Positions 1 to 10,488 of a stretch of DNA of 64,000 nt are shown piece by piece. This DNA is from an uncultured Caulobacterales bacterium (GTDB lineage Bacteria; Pseudomonadota; Alphaproteobacteria; Caulobacterales; Maricaulaceae): contig CAZGLY010000009.1 of NCBI GenBank assembly GCA_964526675.1, positions 5,004 through 69,003 of the forward strand, read 5' to 3'. How positions within the stretch are numbered: position 1 is the first letter of the stretch; each line of letters starts with the position of its first letter. The notes below the pieces were generated by a model. The model was not told the origin of the DNA and made no database searches. It saw only the letters and a list, made by a program, of their open reading frames with translations. Made by a program: the position numbers and the translations under genes.

Positions 1-853
1 CGCCGCGCTCGTCGGGGCCGCAAGCGATCAGGAGGGCGTCATCCAACGCCGCGCCGGCGACCGCGCCGGCGCGAGGCGCGTCGGGCTCCACTCGGCAGTG
101 GAGCGCCTTCACCCGCCCCTGACACCGTTCGACGTCGAGTTCGAACCACGCGCCCGGAAACGGCGACAAACCGCGGATGTGGCGGTCGACCTCCCGCGCG
201 GGGCGGGTCCAGTCGATGCGCGCTTCGGCTTTGTCGATTTTCCGGGCGTAGGTCACGCCCTCGGCGCTCTGCGGCGTCGGCTCCAGGCTCCCGCGTTCGA
301 GCGCCGCCAGCGCGCGCGGCAGCAGCTGCGCGCCGATCGCCGCGAGGCGATCGTGCAGGCTTCCCGCCGTGTCATCGTCGTGGATCGGGGTCGCTTCGCT
401 GAGCAAAACGGGGCCGGTGTCGAGGCCGGCCTCCATCTGCATAATTTGCACGCCCGTGCGCGGGTCGCCGGCCATGATCGCGCGGTGAATGGGCGCGGCG
501 CCGCGCCACCGCGGCAGCAGCGAAGCGTGGAGGTTCACGCAGCCAAGCCGCGGCGCATCCAGGGTGTCCTGGGTCAGAATCTGTCCGTAGGCGACCACGA
601 CGGCGAGATCGAGGTCGAGGGCCGCAAACGCCGCCCGTTCAGCCTCCGCTTTCATGCTCGACGGCGTGCGCACCGGCAAACCCAGCGCGTCCGCTTGCTG
701 GTGCACCGGGCTTTTGCGGTCGGCTTGACCACGCCCGGCCGGCCGCGGCGGCTGGGTGTAGACGGCGGCGACGGTGTGGCCGGCCGCCGCGATTTCCGTG
801 AGCGCGGCCACCGCGAAATCCGGCGTGCCCATGAACGCAAGGCGGAGAGTCAT
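1..853 (-). CDS. fmt: methionyl-tRNA formyltransferase (C-terminus cut by window edge)
   Basis: Absent from the ORF track because it runs off the edge. Hand translation of the minus strand from ATG 853..851 gives [26 protein letters not shown]. Positions 540..481 encode [19 protein letters not shown], the formyltransferase core motif. It lies directly downstream of def, as in the conserved def-fmt operon. Confidence 0.9.
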   Translation of the reverse strand, partial: MTLRLAFMGTPDFAVAALTEIAAAGHTVAAVYTQPPRPAGRGQADRKSPVHQQADALGLPVRTPSSMKAEAERAAFAALDLDLAVVVAYGQILTQDTLDAPRLGCVNLHASLLPRWRGAAPIHRAIMAGDPRTGVQIMQMEAGLDTGPVLLSEATPIHDDDTAGSLHDRLAAIGAQLLPRALAALERGSLEPTPQSAEGVTYARKIDKAEARIDWTRPAREVDRHIRGLSPFPGAWFELDVERCQGRVKALHCRVEPDAPRAGAVAGAALDDALLIACGPDERG

Positions 854-908
854 GGGCGGTCCTCGTGGCGGGCGATCGGCTGTGGGCGGCGCTCGGCGCG
901 CCGGCCGT

Positions 909-1427
909 TTAGGCTTTTTCTTTTTCCGCTTTGGTCTTTTGGACGCGCTTGACCGCGCGGTCGCGCTTCAGGCGCGACAGATAGTCGATGAACAGCACGC
1001 CCTCGAGATGATCCATCTCATGCTGGATGCAGACCGCATACAAACCCTCAGCCCACTCCACGACCTCCTCGCCCTCATAGTTGAGGTAACGGATTTTGGC
1101 GCGCAGCGGCCGATCCACGGCCTCATAGACATCCGGCACCGACAAACACCCCTCTTCGTAGGGGGCGGTGTCTTCATTGGTCTCAAGGATCTCGGGATTG
1201 ACGAAAAAGCGAGGCTCGGGCTCGTCGCCCTTGCCCGCGAGATCCATCACAATCACCCGCTTCGGCACCCCAATCTGGATCGCCGCCAGCCCGATGCCCG
1301 GCGCGGCGTACATCGTCTCCAGCATGTCGTCCATCAGCGCGCGGATCTCGTCGTCCACGCGCTCAACCGGCTGTGAGACTTGCTTCAGCCGCGGGTCCGG
1401 CACGGTGAGAATGGGTCGTATGGCCAT
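909..1427 (-). CDS. def: peptide deformylase
   Basis: 172-aa ORF with the three PDF motifs [17 protein letters not shown] and HEMDHLEG. Confidence 0.95.
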   Translation of the reverse strand: MAIRPILTVPDPRLKQVSQPVERVDDEIRALMDDMLETMYAAPGIGLAAIQIGVPKRVIVMDLAGKGDEPEPRFFVNPEILETNEDTAPYEEGCLSVPDVYEAVDRPLRAKIRYLNYEGEEVVEWAEGLYAVCIQHEMDHLEGVLFIDYLSRLKRDRAVKRVQKTKAEKEKA

Positions 1428-1574
1428 GGCGAGAAATTAAGAACCGTTCTAAGGGTGATCAAGCGGCCGCGCGGGCGTCCTGCTGCATCGCAACATTCTG
1501 GCGGCGCGCCCTCTCCAGAACGTTAGCACAGAGACCCGCACGGATCAGCGGCGCGCGGCGCGAGCCGATCCGCG

Positions 1575-3071
1575 TCAGCGTCCCGCCCGCGCACGACCGC
1601 GCGTTGCGGGGTCGGACGGCGCGGGGGTCACGTCCCGCACCACCGCCGCCTCTCGCTCTCCATCGACGTCGGCGGCCGAGGAGCCAAGCCGCAGATCCCG
1701 CCCCGGAGCGGGCAAGCGCGCCGCCAGCTCGATCTGCGGCAGCTCCGGCGCTGGCGCGGCCGTCTCGAAGACCTCCAACTCCTGAAACTTCCGGGCGCTC
1801 GGCATCACCTTCGCCTCCAGCGACCCCACCGCCTGGTTGTAGCTCTTCACGCCGCTTTCCAGCGCTTTGCCGAGCTTCGCCATGTGGGAGCCGAACGTCG
1901 CGAGACGGTCGTAGAGCGTCTTGCCCAGCTGGGCGACGTCCTGGGCGCGCTTGGCCGCCTCCTCCTGGCGCCAGCCGAACGCGGCCGCCTTCGCCAGCGC
2001 CACCAGCGTGGCGGGCGTGACGATGATGACGCGGTTCTCCACCGCTTTCTGGAACAGGTCGGGATCGCGTTCCGCGGCGGCCGCGTAGAAGTTTTCGCCC
2101 GGGATGAACATGGCCACAAAGTCAGGGCTGTTCTCCAGCTTATCCCAATAGCTCTTCTTGGCCAGAGCCCGCGCGTGCTCGCGCACTTGCTTGGCGTGAC
2201 GCACGAGGGCGGCCTCCCGCGCCGCGTCGTCCGGCGCGTCGACGGCGTCGAGATACGCCTCCATCGGCGCTTTGGCGTCGATCACGAGGACCGCCCCGCC
2301 CGGCAGCCGCACGGTCACATCCGGACGATGGAGCCGGTCCTCATCGTCCCGCACGCCGACCTCCGTGTGAAAGTCGCAGTGCGCGGACATGCCCGCCAGC
2401 TCCAAAATGTTGCGCAGCTGCTCCTCGCCCCAACGGCCCCGCGTCTTGGGTTGAGCCCGCAAAGCGGTGGCGAGCTTGCCCGTCTCGGTGCGCGTCGCCT
2501 CCAAGCTTTCGCCGATTTTGCGGATTTGCTCGCCCAGCACGCTGTGGTCGCGCAAACGCGTCTCTTCCAACGACTTCACCTGGCTCTTGAACGCGGTGAA
2601 GCTTTCGTGGATCGGCGTGAGCAGCGCGCGCATCGCCTCCTCACGCGCTTTCAGGCCCCCCTCGGCGGTCGATTGCTGCTTCGCGAGCGTCTCGCCGGCA
2701 AGCTTCAAAAACGCTTCATTGCTCTTAGCCAACGCGTCCTGCGCCAGAGCGGCGAACTTCGTCTCCACCTCCGCGCGCAAACGGGTCAGATCCTCGCGCT
2801 CGCGGGCGAAAGCCGCCTCGCGTTCCCGCGCGCCGGCGAGCGCGGCGTCCGCCTCGGACACGCGGGCTCGCGCCTCCGACAGCTCCCGCGCCAGGTCATC
2901 CGCGCGCGCCGCGGCGACCTTCGCCCCCAGGGCGTCGGCGGCCGCTTGCTCCGCCTTGGCCTCCGCCGCGCGACGACGCTCCATCTCCTCGCGCAGACGC
3001 CACAGCGCAAACCCCAGCGCCGGCAGAGCCAGCAGCATCAAGGCGTAGCCGAGCTCCATCATCCCCTCCAC
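1575..3071 (-). CDS. rmuC: DNA recombination protein RmuC
   Basis: 498-aa ORF. It has an N-terminal TM helix, a long Ala/Glu/Arg coiled coil and an RmuC-type C-terminal region (RPDVTVRLPGGAVLVIDAK ... DFVAMFIPGENFYAAA ... VIIVTPATLVALAK). Confidence 0.85.
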   Translation of the reverse strand: MEGMMELGYALMLLALPALGFALWRLREEMERRRAAEAKAEQAAADALGAKVAAARADDLARELSEARARVSEADAALAGAREREAAFAREREDLTRLRAEVETKFAALAQDALAKSNEAFLKLAGETLAKQQSTAEGGLKAREEAMRALLTPIHESFTAFKSQVKSLEETRLRDHSVLGEQIRKIGESLEATRTETGKLATALRAQPKTRGRWGEEQLRNILELAGMSAHCDFHTEVGVRDDEDRLHRPDVTVRLPGGAVLVIDAKAPMEAYLDAVDAPDDAAREAALVRHAKQVREHARALAKKSYWDKLENSPDFVAMFIPGENFYAAAAERDPDLFQKAVENRVIIVTPATLVALAKAAAFGWRQEEAAKRAQDVAQLGKTLYDRLATFGSHMAKLGKALESGVKSYNQAVGSLEAKVMPSARKFQELEVFETAAPAPELPQIELAARLPAPGRDLRLGSSAADVDGEREAAVVRDVTPAPSDPATRGRARAGR

Positions 3072-3189
3072 GGATCGCCGAATCAGAACAAAACAGAAAC
3101 ACGAAGCGTCGGCTCAGGTCAAGGGCGCGCCCCGCCATCCTTGGGGACGATTGAGGAACGGCGGTGCGCGCGACGGCTCGATGACCGTG

Positions 3190-3792
3190 CTAGACCGCGC
3201 GCCGGCTCGCCAACGCCGCGGACAGCGTGCCGTCGTCGAGATAGTCCAGCTCCCCGCCCACGGGCACGCCGCGCGCGATGTTGGAGATTGTGACGTCGGC
3301 GTCCTTCAGCATGTCGGCGATGTAATGGGCCGTGGCCGCGCCGTCGACGGTGGCGTTGAGCGCCAGCACGACCTCCCGCACCGCAGGATGGCGCGCGCGC
3401 TCCGCGAGCGCGCCCAGCCGCAAATCCTCCGGTCGGACGCCGTCGAGCGCCGACAACACGCCGCCCAGAACGTGATAACGGCCCGGAAAAGCGCCCGCGC
3501 GCTCGAGGGCCCAGAGGTCGCCGACCTCCTCCACCACACACAAGGTTGTGGGATCGCGGTCGGGCGCCGCGCAGATGGAGCACGGATCCGTCACATCGAC
3601 TGAGCCGCATTGGGAACAGGTGCGCACCCGCTCAGCGGCCAACGCCAACGCGTCGGCCAACGGCGTCATCACCGCGTCGCGCCGCTTCAGCATGTGCAAG
3701 GCCGCCCGCCGCGCCGAACGGGGACCAAGCCCCGGCAGCTTCGCCAGAAGCTCGATCACGCGTTGCAGCTCGGGTCCCACAACATTTGTCAT
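3190..3792 (-). CDS. recR: recombination protein RecR
   Basis: Internal ATG at 3792..3790 of ORF 3190..4098 gives 200 aa. Motifs are the Hh[12 protein letters not shown], the C4 zinc finger [16 protein letters not shown] and Toprim [12 protein letters not shown]. The upstream 102 codons are Arg/Gly-rich junk. Confidence 0.93.
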   Translation of the reverse strand: MTNVVGPELQRVIELLAKLPGLGPRSARRAALHMLKRRDAVMTPLADALALAAERVRTCSQCGSVDVTDPCSICAAPDRDPTTLCVVEEVGDLWALERAGAFPGRYHVLGGVLSALDGVRPEDLRLGALAERARHPAVREVVLALNATVDGAATAHYIADMLKDADVTISNIARGVPVGGELDYLDDGTLSAALASRRAV

Positions 3793-3881
3793 CACGCGAC
3801 TCGCTCCGCCCAACCTCCCATCATAGGGGATCGGGCGGAGCGTGGCGCAAGGGCCGAGCGCGGCGCGCCGGAGCGCCGACG

Positions 3882-5609
3882 TCAGCCGCGGTCGCGAAGT
3901 TCGCGACGCAAGATCTTGCCGACCGTGGATTTCGGCAGTTCGTCCAAGAACACCACGATCCGCGGCACCTTGTAGGCCGCGAGGCGCTCGCGGCAGAACG
4001 CGATCACAGCGTCCTCCGTCAGCGCGGGGTCGGATTTCACGACGTACAGTTTGACGGCCTCGCCCGTGCGTTCGTCCGGCACGCCCACGCAGGCGCATTC
4101 GCCCACGCCCGCCAGCTCGACGACCACGGCCTCCACCTCGTTCGGATAGACGTTGAAGCCGGACACGATGACCATGTCCTTCTTGCGGTCTTCGATGCGG
4201 ATGAAGCCGTCGTCATCCATCACGCCGATGTCGCCCGTGCGGAAAAAGCCGTCGGCGGTGAACACCTCGGCGTTGGTCTCCGGCCGGTTCCAATAGCCCC
4301 GCATGACTTGCGGCCCGCGCACGCAGATCTCCCCCGCCTCGCCGAGGGGAAGGATGTTCCCGGAATCATCGCGCATGGTCACCTCAGTCGACGGGACCGG
4401 CATGCCGACATTGCCGCTGAAGTGGTCCATGGGCGGGTTGAACGTAACCACTGGCGAGGTTTCGCTCAGGCCGTAGCCTTCTTTGATGTGCATGCCCGTG
4501 CGGCCATGCCAGCGCTCAGAGACCGCCGCCTGCACCGCGGCGCCGCCGCCCAGGGCCACGCGGACGTTGCTGAGATCGATATCGGCGAACTGCGGCAGAG
4601 ACACCAGCATGTTGAACAAGGTGTTCACGCCGGTGATCGCGGTGGGCTTATGCTCTTTGAAGGTTTCGACCAAACCGTCCAAATCACGTGGGTTGGCCAC
4701 CAATATGTTTTTGGAGCCAACGACCATGCCCAAGAACATATTCACGGTAAACGCAAAGACATGATAGAGCGGAAGAATGGTGATCAAGGTCGGCTTGTCC
4801 GCGAAACCAGACGCGCCAAGCAACGGCTCACATTGCCGGATGTTCGCCACCAAGTTCTTATGGGTCAGCATTGCGCCTTTTGACAGACCGGTCGTGCCGC
4901 CCGTGTATTGGAGCAGCGCCAGGTCGTCGCCCTTCGGGCTGGGAAGCGGCGTCTCCAGGCCCGCGCCGCCGCCGATGGCGTCCAGGAAGCCCAGTGTCTT
5001 GGCCGCGCCGAAATCCACCTCCGGCCCCATGCCGGAGGGGATGACGATCACCGACTTCACCGGGGTGTCTGCGATTACCGCCGCCAATGTCGGCGCAACG
5101 ACGTCGAACACGAAGACCGTCTCTGCGCCGGAGTCCGTCAGCTGATGGCGCAGCTCCCGCTCCGTATAAAGCGGGTTGACGTTCACCAAGACCGCGCCGG
5201 CGCGCAGGGCGGCCGCGGTCGCCAGCGGATAGGCGACCGTGTTCGGCGACATCAGCGCGATCCGATCGCCCGGAGCCACGCCCAGTTCGCTGATGAGATA
5301 GCGCGCCAGGGCGATCGAGTGGGCCTTCACATCATTGTAGGTGAGGCTCATCCCGTTGGGGCCGCTTTGGACAAACGCGGTCTCCGGCCCAAACTGCGCG
5401 ACGATGTCGTCCAGCACGTCCACCAAGGACGTATCGCCGGTGTCGGCGATCTCCGCCGGCACGCCCTCGGGGTAGGAGTGCAGCCACGGGCGCGCGATTT
5501 CGGCGGGAGCGGCGCGCTCCGCGACATCCACGCCGCCCGCGGCGGCGTCTTCAGGGACGGCGGGAGCGTCGCTCGCTTCCTTGGAACGGCCGAACAACTT
5601 GGCGAACAT
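3882..5609 (-). CDS. fadD: long-chain fatty acid--CoA ligase (AMP-binding family)
   Basis: 575-aa ORF with the AMP-binding signature [18 protein letters not shown], then [14 protein letters not shown] and the C-terminal GKILRRELR. It carries an N-terminal extension of about 40 aa relative to the usual LHSYPEGVP start. Confidence 0.8.
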   Translation of the reverse strand: MFAKLFGRSKEASDAPAVPEDAAAGGVDVAERAAPAEIARPWLHSYPEGVPAEIADTGDTSLVDVLDDIVAQFGPETAFVQSGPNGMSLTYNDVKAHSIALARYLISELGVAPGDRIALMSPNTVAYPLATAAALRAGAVLVNVNPLYTERELRHQLTDSGAETVFVFDVVAPTLAAVIADTPVKSVIVIPSGMGPEVDFGAAKTLGFLDAIGGGAGLETPLPSPKGDDLALLQYTGGTTGLSKGAMLTHKNLVANIRQCEPLLGASGFADKPTLITILPLYHVFAFTVNMFLGMVVGSKNILVANPRDLDGLVETFKEHKPTAITGVNTLFNMLVSLPQFADIDLSNVRVALGGGAAVQAAVSERWHGRTGMHIKEGYGLSETSPVVTFNPPMDHFSGNVGMPVPSTEVTMRDDSGNILPLGEAGEICVRGPQVMRGYWNRPETNAEVFTADGFFRTGDIGVMDDDGFIRIEDRKKDMVIVSGFNVYPNEVEAVVVELAGVGECACVGVPDERTGEAVKLYVVKSDPALTEDAVIAFCRERLAAYKVPRIVVFLDELPKSTVGKILRRELRDRG

Positions 5610-5757
5610 GGCAATCCTCCAGCCTCACCCGCGGCGGCGGGCGTCTCTCATTGCGGATATTAAAGTGACTTTGACGCGCAATGTCGACGTTGTCAGGCGT
5701 CTGCCCGACCATCGTCGCGCGCGTCGGCGGCCCGCGTCACATGCCGTCAGGACCGGC

Positions 5758-7233
5758 TCAGCGGGTGGGATCGAACCAGCTGCGGTTGTCGCGCTCCAGC
5801 AGCAGAGACGCGGCGGTGGGCCCGTCCGTGCCGGCCGCGTAGTCATGGAGCCCGGTGGGATCTCCGGCCCACGCCTCCAAAATGCCGTCCGTCCAGCGCC
5901 ACGCCTCCTCAACCTCGTCGCGGCGCATAAACAATCCCAAATTGCCCCGCACCACAGCGAGAAGCAGGCGCTCATACGCGTCCGGATAGCGCTCCTTGAA
6001 GGTGTCGGCATACGAAAGGTTCAACGGCACATAGCGCAAATGCAGACCGCCCGGCCCCGGCTCCTTCGTCATCAGATGCAGCTTCACCCCCTCGTCCGGC
6101 TGCAAACGCAGCACCAAACGGTTCGGCTGCAGCAGCCCGGCCTCGGGCGCGGTCACGCGGTGGGGCACCGGTTTGAACTGGATGACGATCTCAGACCGCC
6201 GCGCCGTCATCCGCTTGCCGGTGCGCAGATAAAAGGGCGTGCCGGCCCAGCGCCAATTCTCCACCTGGGCTTTGATGGCAACGAAGGTCTCCGCGCGGCT
6301 GTCGCCGCCGAGCTCCTCCACGTAGGCGGGCGCCCGTTCGCCATCGACCACGCCAGCGGCGTATTGGCCGCGCACCGTTTGCTTGGCGGCGTTGACGGAG
6401 GTGATGGGGCACAACGAGCGCAGGATCTTGAGCTTTTCATCGCGCACCGAGTCCGCGTCGAGGTCCTGCGGCGGCTCCATCGCCACGAGACACATCAGCT
6501 GCAGCATGTGGTTCTGCACCATGTCCCGCAACGCGCCGGCGCGATCGTAGTAGCTCGCCCGCCCGCCCGCGCCGATCGATTCCGCGACCGTGATTTGCAC
6601 ATGATCAACGCCGTTCGCGTTCCAGATCGGTTCGAACAACGAGTTCGCGAAGCGGAGGATCAACAGGTTCTGAACCGTCTCCTTGCCCAGATAATGGTCG
6701 ATGCGGAAGATCGACTCCTCGGGAAAGACGGCGCCAACCGCGTCGTTGATTTCACCCGCCGATTTCAAATCATAGCCAATGGGCTTTTCCAGAACCACAC
6801 GCGCGCGGGGCGTGAGCAACCCAGCCGATTTTAAATTCTGGCAGATTGCGCCATAGAGCGATGGGGGCGTCGCCAAATAAAACAGACGCACCTTGTCAGG
6901 ATCGGGGTCGAGTTTCTCGCGCAAACCCGCCCAGTCGCCGCCGGGATCGGTCGCGTCCAGGAACTGGTAGGCGACGCGCGCGGCCATCGCCGCCCACGCG
7001 GTTTCATCCACCGTGTCGGCCGGATGGAACTGCGCCAACGCCCCGCGCGCGGCCTCCAAATACGCCGGCGTGTCCATCTGCGTGCGCGCCGCCGCGACAA
7101 TGCGCGACGTCTCAGGAATTTGGCCGTCGCGCCAACGGTGCAGCAGCGCCGGCAAGAGCTTGCGCAGGGCCAAATCCCCCGTTCCGCCGAAAACGACGAT
7201 GTCAAAGGGGTCGACGGGCAGCAGCTTGGCCAT
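5758..7233 (-). CDS. zwf: glucose-6-phosphate 1-dehydrogenase
   Basis: Internal ATG 7233..7231 gives MAKLLPVDPFDIVVFGGTGDLALRKLLPAL (NADP-binding GxxGDLA). The active-site motif RIDHYLGKE is present. Confidence 0.93.
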   Translation of the reverse strand: MAKLLPVDPFDIVVFGGTGDLALRKLLPALLHRWRDGQIPETSRIVAAARTQMDTPAYLEAARGALAQFHPADTVDETAWAAMAARVAYQFLDATDPGGDWAGLREKLDPDPDKVRLFYLATPPSLYGAICQNLKSAGLLTPRARVVLEKPIGYDLKSAGEINDAVGAVFPEESIFRIDHYLGKETVQNLLILRFANSLFEPIWNANGVDHVQITVAESIGAGGRASYYDRAGALRDMVQNHMLQLMCLVAMEPPQDLDADSVRDEKLKILRSLCPITSVNAAKQTVRGQYAAGVVDGERAPAYVEELGGDSRAETFVAIKAQVENWRWAGTPFYLRTGKRMTARRSEIVIQFKPVPHRVTAPEAGLLQPNRLVLRLQPDEGVKLHLMTKEPGPGGLHLRYVPLNLSYADTFKERYPDAYERLLLAVVRGNLGLFMRRDEVEEAWRWTDGILEAWAGDPTGLHDYAAGTDGPTAASLLLERDNRSWFDPTR

Positions 7234-7318
7234 GATCACTTCCCAAAGAACACGCGCGCTGCGTGGGTAGACTGACGCACGCCGCCCGGAGACGCCGCGC
7301 GTTAACGGGGCGGCGCGG

Positions 7319-8698
7319 CTAGGCTGCGCCGGCCGGCTCCGCAGGCGCGGGACGACGCCCGCCCCCAAGCAACACAAAGGCCCACGCCGCCGCGACCGCC
7401 AAGACTTGCAATCCCAGACGCGCCGCAAGCGCGCCCACGAGCCCGTAAGAGACCGCGCCGAACGAGACCACCGGCACCGTCAACACCGCGGATGTGAGAA
7501 TGATCGCCACGCGTATGTGCTGGCGATCGGTGGCCCGAAGGATGTCCAAGCCGATAAAGGTTAACGCGATCAAAAGCGGATACGGCGCCAACAACCGCAC
7601 ATAGCCCGTCGCCTCCGGGAAATCCGGGAAGACCAAGGGCACCAGCCCAGCCACAACGACAATCCCCACCGCGATCACCGCCGACATCGCGATGGCCACC
7701 GGCACAACGCGCAACCCGAACGCCACGCCACTGGCCGGGCCCTCTGCGGCGGTCTTAAAGAACCGCGTGGCGACCGCGTAGAGCAAGGCGCGGATCGGCG
7801 TGGTCGCGGCTTCCGCCAACCGAAACGACAACGTGTAGGCGCCGCCCAACGCCGGGCCGACGGCTTGCACGACCGACGGCTTGTCGAGGTCGCGAAAACC
7901 CGCCTGGGCCGCCTGGTCGACCATGAACTGGAAGCCCAACGGCCAATCGCGAAACCGCAGACGCAACACCGGCGCGCCGCGCAACGCGGTCACAAGGCCC
8001 AGCGAGAACACGCCCCAGATCGCCGTCGCCCCAAAATACCAAACCGCGAGGTGATCCAGCGTCACCGCGTCGGTGGTCAAATAAGCGCCGACCACGGCCA
8101 ACACGCGCGCCCCCGCGTAGCCGAGGCTCAAAAACAGCTGCGAGGCGACCTCGTCCAACGCCAAGAAGGCGAAGGTCGCGATGTTGAACATCTTGGTGAA
8201 GGCGATGTCCGCCACCACGATCAGCGCGATCGCCCACAACGCCATGTGCGGGCTGTAGAGCGGCATGGCGATCACAAAGCACGCCGCCCCCACAAAAGGC
8301 GCCGTCACGAGCGCGCTCATCATCGCGTGGCCCACGCATTCGCGCAGACGGCCGTGATCTTCCGCCACCCGTTTGAGCGTCAACAGCTCGCCGCCCAGAC
8401 CCGTGACGATCCCGCCGAGCACGGTGATGGCCGTCAAGCTGGAGAAGACGCCGTAGCCCGCCTTCCCGAGCGCGTTCGTGATCACGAACAGAAACACGAA
8501 CTGCATGACGATCTGTGACGAGAAGTTCGCCAACTGCACCGCAAAATTCCGCACAAGAACGGAGTTACGGGCTCGGGCCAGCAGCGTCCCTGCGCGCGCG
8601 CCACCATCCGAGGAAGTTGTCATCACGCCCCGCCGTCTCATACCGGTCGCGCCGGGATAGCTTTTGGCCGCACGCGGCGCAAGCGCCGCCGTCGCCAA
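7319..8698 (-). CDS. polysaccharide/O-antigen flippase-like membrane protein (MOP/PST-type)
   Basis: 459-aa ORF that is hydrophobic throughout (about 12+ helices). It has a PST-like N-terminus (LVRNFAVQLANFSSQIVMQFVFLFVITNALGKAGYGVF). The start is uncertain; alternative ATGs lie at 8641 and 8623. Confidence 0.6.
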   Translation of the reverse strand: MATAALAPRAAKSYPGATGMRRRGVMTTSSDGGARAGTLLARARNSVLVRNFAVQLANFSSQIVMQFVFLFVITNALGKAGYGVFSSLTAITVLGGIVTGLGGELLTLKRVAEDHGRLRECVGHAMMSALVTAPFVGAACFVIAMPLYSPHMALWAIALIVVADIAFTKMFNIATFAFLALDEVASQLFLSLGYAGARVLAVVGAYLTTDAVTLDHLAVWYFGATAIWGVFSLGLVTALRGAPVLRLRFRDWPLGFQFMVDQAAQAGFRDLDKPSVVQAVGPALGGAYTLSFRLAEAATTPIRALLYAVATRFFKTAAEGPASGVAFGLRVVPVAIAMSAVIAVGIVVVAGLVPLVFPDFPEATGYVRLLAPYPLLIALTFIGLDILRATDRQHIRVAIILTSAVLTVPVVSFGAVSYGLVGALAARLGLQVLAVAAAWAFVLLGGGRRPAPAEPAGAA

Positions 8699-8713
8699 AG
8701 GCGCCCGCGCGGC

Positions 8714-10045
8714 TCACTCCTCCCAGTCGCGCCGCAGCGCGGGCGCGGCCAGGAACAGCAGGAGGGACGCAAGAAGGTAAAAGACCGTGCAGCTCAGCAG
8801 CGCATAGCGCAGCGATTCCGCTCCAAACGGCCCGCGCATCAGATCGGACATGCCGCCGATGACGAGGTTGCCGAACCCAATGCCGGCGAGGTTGTTGATC
8901 AGCAAGAACACGGACGAGCCCGTCGCCCGCATCGATGACGGCACGATGTGCTGAAAGGCCGCCAGCACTGGTCCGAGCCACGCCAAGGCAAGGCCGGTGG
9001 GAACAATCAACACGAAGAAGGTCACAGCCAAACTCTGCGACAGCATCGCGGTCGCGAAGAGCGGCGTGAGCAGCGCAAACGCGATCGCCGGCACGCGGGC
9101 GTAGGCCGCGCGATCGCGCGCGCCGAGGCGGTCCGCGATCACGCCGCCGGCCCAAATGCCAAGCAACCCGCCGACCAACACCACCGCACCGTAGAAGTAA
9201 GCCGCGTAGAGCACGGTCGGAGGCGACGGCGGAAACAGCGCGTCCGGCATCCACGCGAGGAACTGCGGCAGCTCGGTCGCATAACTGCGCACCAGGAAGG
9301 CCGGGATCCAAAAGAACAGGCCATAGCCCATCATCGAGGAACTCGCCGCGCCGAACGACAAAAGCCAAAAGCTGCGCTTGCGCGCGAGCGTCGCAAACAC
9401 CTCCGGCAGCGACACCGGCGCCGCCGGCGGGCCGGCGTCATGCGCGCCCCGCACGGGATCGCGCACCGTCAGCCGGAACAGCGGCGCGAAGAGGATGCCG
9501 GCCAAGCCCACAATGAAGAACGCCCAGCGCCAATCGAGAAAGCTCGTCAGCACGCCGCCCAGCACGATGCCAATCGCGCTGCCGATGGGGATGGCCAACG
9601 AATAGCCCGCCAACGCCCGAGCCCGTGACGACGGCGGATAATAGTCCGCGATCAAGGAGTAAGCCGGCGCCACGCCGCCGGCTTCGCCGACCCCCACGCC
9701 CACGCGCGCCAAAAACAACTGCCAGAAATTCACCGTGAGCCCGCACACCGCGGTCATGGCGCTCCACACCGTCAGCGCGCCGGTCATGATCCACACCCGG
9801 CTAAAACGGTCCGCCAGCCACGCGATCGGCACGCCAAGCGTCGAGTAGAGGATGGCGAAGGCCAAGCCGCCCATCAGACTCAGCTGGGTGTCGGTGAGAT
9901 TCAAATCCTGTTGGATCGGAACCGCCAGAATCCCAATGATCTGCCGATCGAGAAAGTTGAACGTGTACACCACGATCAGCATGACCAGCACATAAGCGCG
10001 GTACGTCGCGCCCGAACGGGCGGTCTGGGCGGCGGCGACGGTCAT
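8714..10045 (-). CDS. MFS transporter
   Basis: 443-aa ORF with 12-TM-like hydrophobicity and the MFS loop motif GVPIAWLADRFSRVWIM (G-x3-D-R-x-x-R-like). Confidence 0.85.
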   Translation of the reverse strand: MTVAAAQTARSGATYRAYVLVMLIVVYTFNFLDRQIIGILAVPIQQDLNLTDTQLSLMGGLAFAILYSTLGVPIAWLADRFSRVWIMTGALTVWSAMTAVCGLTVNFWQLFLARVGVGVGEAGGVAPAYSLIADYYPPSSRARALAGYSLAIPIGSAIGIVLGGVLTSFLDWRWAFFIVGLAGILFAPLFRLTVRDPVRGAHDAGPPAAPVSLPEVFATLARKRSFWLLSFGAASSSMMGYGLFFWIPAFLVRSYATELPQFLAWMPDALFPPSPPTVLYAAYFYGAVVLVGGLLGIWAGGVIADRLGARDRAAYARVPAIAFALLTPLFATAMLSQSLAVTFFVLIVPTGLALAWLGPVLAAFQHIVPSSMRATGSSVFLLINNLAGIGFGNLVIGGMSDLMRGPFGAESLRYALLSCTVFYLLASLLLFLAAPALRRDWEE

Positions 10046-10488
10046 GGGGCCTCCTGGTCGATGTCCAGCGCGACACGCGCGACGGGCGCGAGCCGACCAC
10101 GCGCAAGCGCCGTCGTGGTGGTCCGCCCCGCAGCTGGTGGTGCGACGATGCCAGGCCGCGGGGTTGCTGCCCAGGCCCGCCTCTGCAATTCGCGGCGCCG
10201 GTCACGCCGACGCCATCTGTCGCCTGCGCCGCCGCCGCCGACAATTGCTCCGATGGTGTGGCGCCGGCGCCGCGCTTGGCCCCAAGGGGCCGTGGATGCT
10301 GCACAAATTGATTGAGGTTCGCGTCGTGTTCGGGGGCTGATATCGGTGCGCTGAAAGCAACGCAGACGGACGAACACACCAGCGCCACAAAATAAGCCGT
10401 AGTCTGCCTGGAATACGCCGCACGCGTCAGGCGTTGTGTGCGGGCTGACCAAGTGACGGCGAACACGCCCGGAAGGTGGGAGAACTGA

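Noticed and set aside
1449-1465. AGAAC-C-GTTCT inverted repeat just upstream of def, considered as an alphaproteobacterial LexA box (GTTC-N7-GTTC).
   Set aside because: The alphaproteobacterial SOS box is a direct repeat with 7-nt spacing. This is an inverted repeat with 1-nt spacing, and def is not an expected SOS gene.
3793-4098. N-terminal extensions of track ORFs. Examples: recR 3190..4098, zwf to 7428, gor to 38362, DAHP synthase to 32479, LOG from 20936, sdhE to 42118, UrcA to 26459.
   Set aside because: The family-typical N-termini begin at internal ATGs, each verified at the nucleotide level. The extensions are Arg-rich junk or would overlap neighbouring genes.
5680-5691. Near-palindrome AATGTCGACGTT upstream of the fadD-like gene, as a possible FadR/TetR operator.
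   Set aside because: It is imperfect, with only a 6-bp perfect core (GTCGAC). It occurs once and no adjacent regulator gene is present. That is too weak to call.
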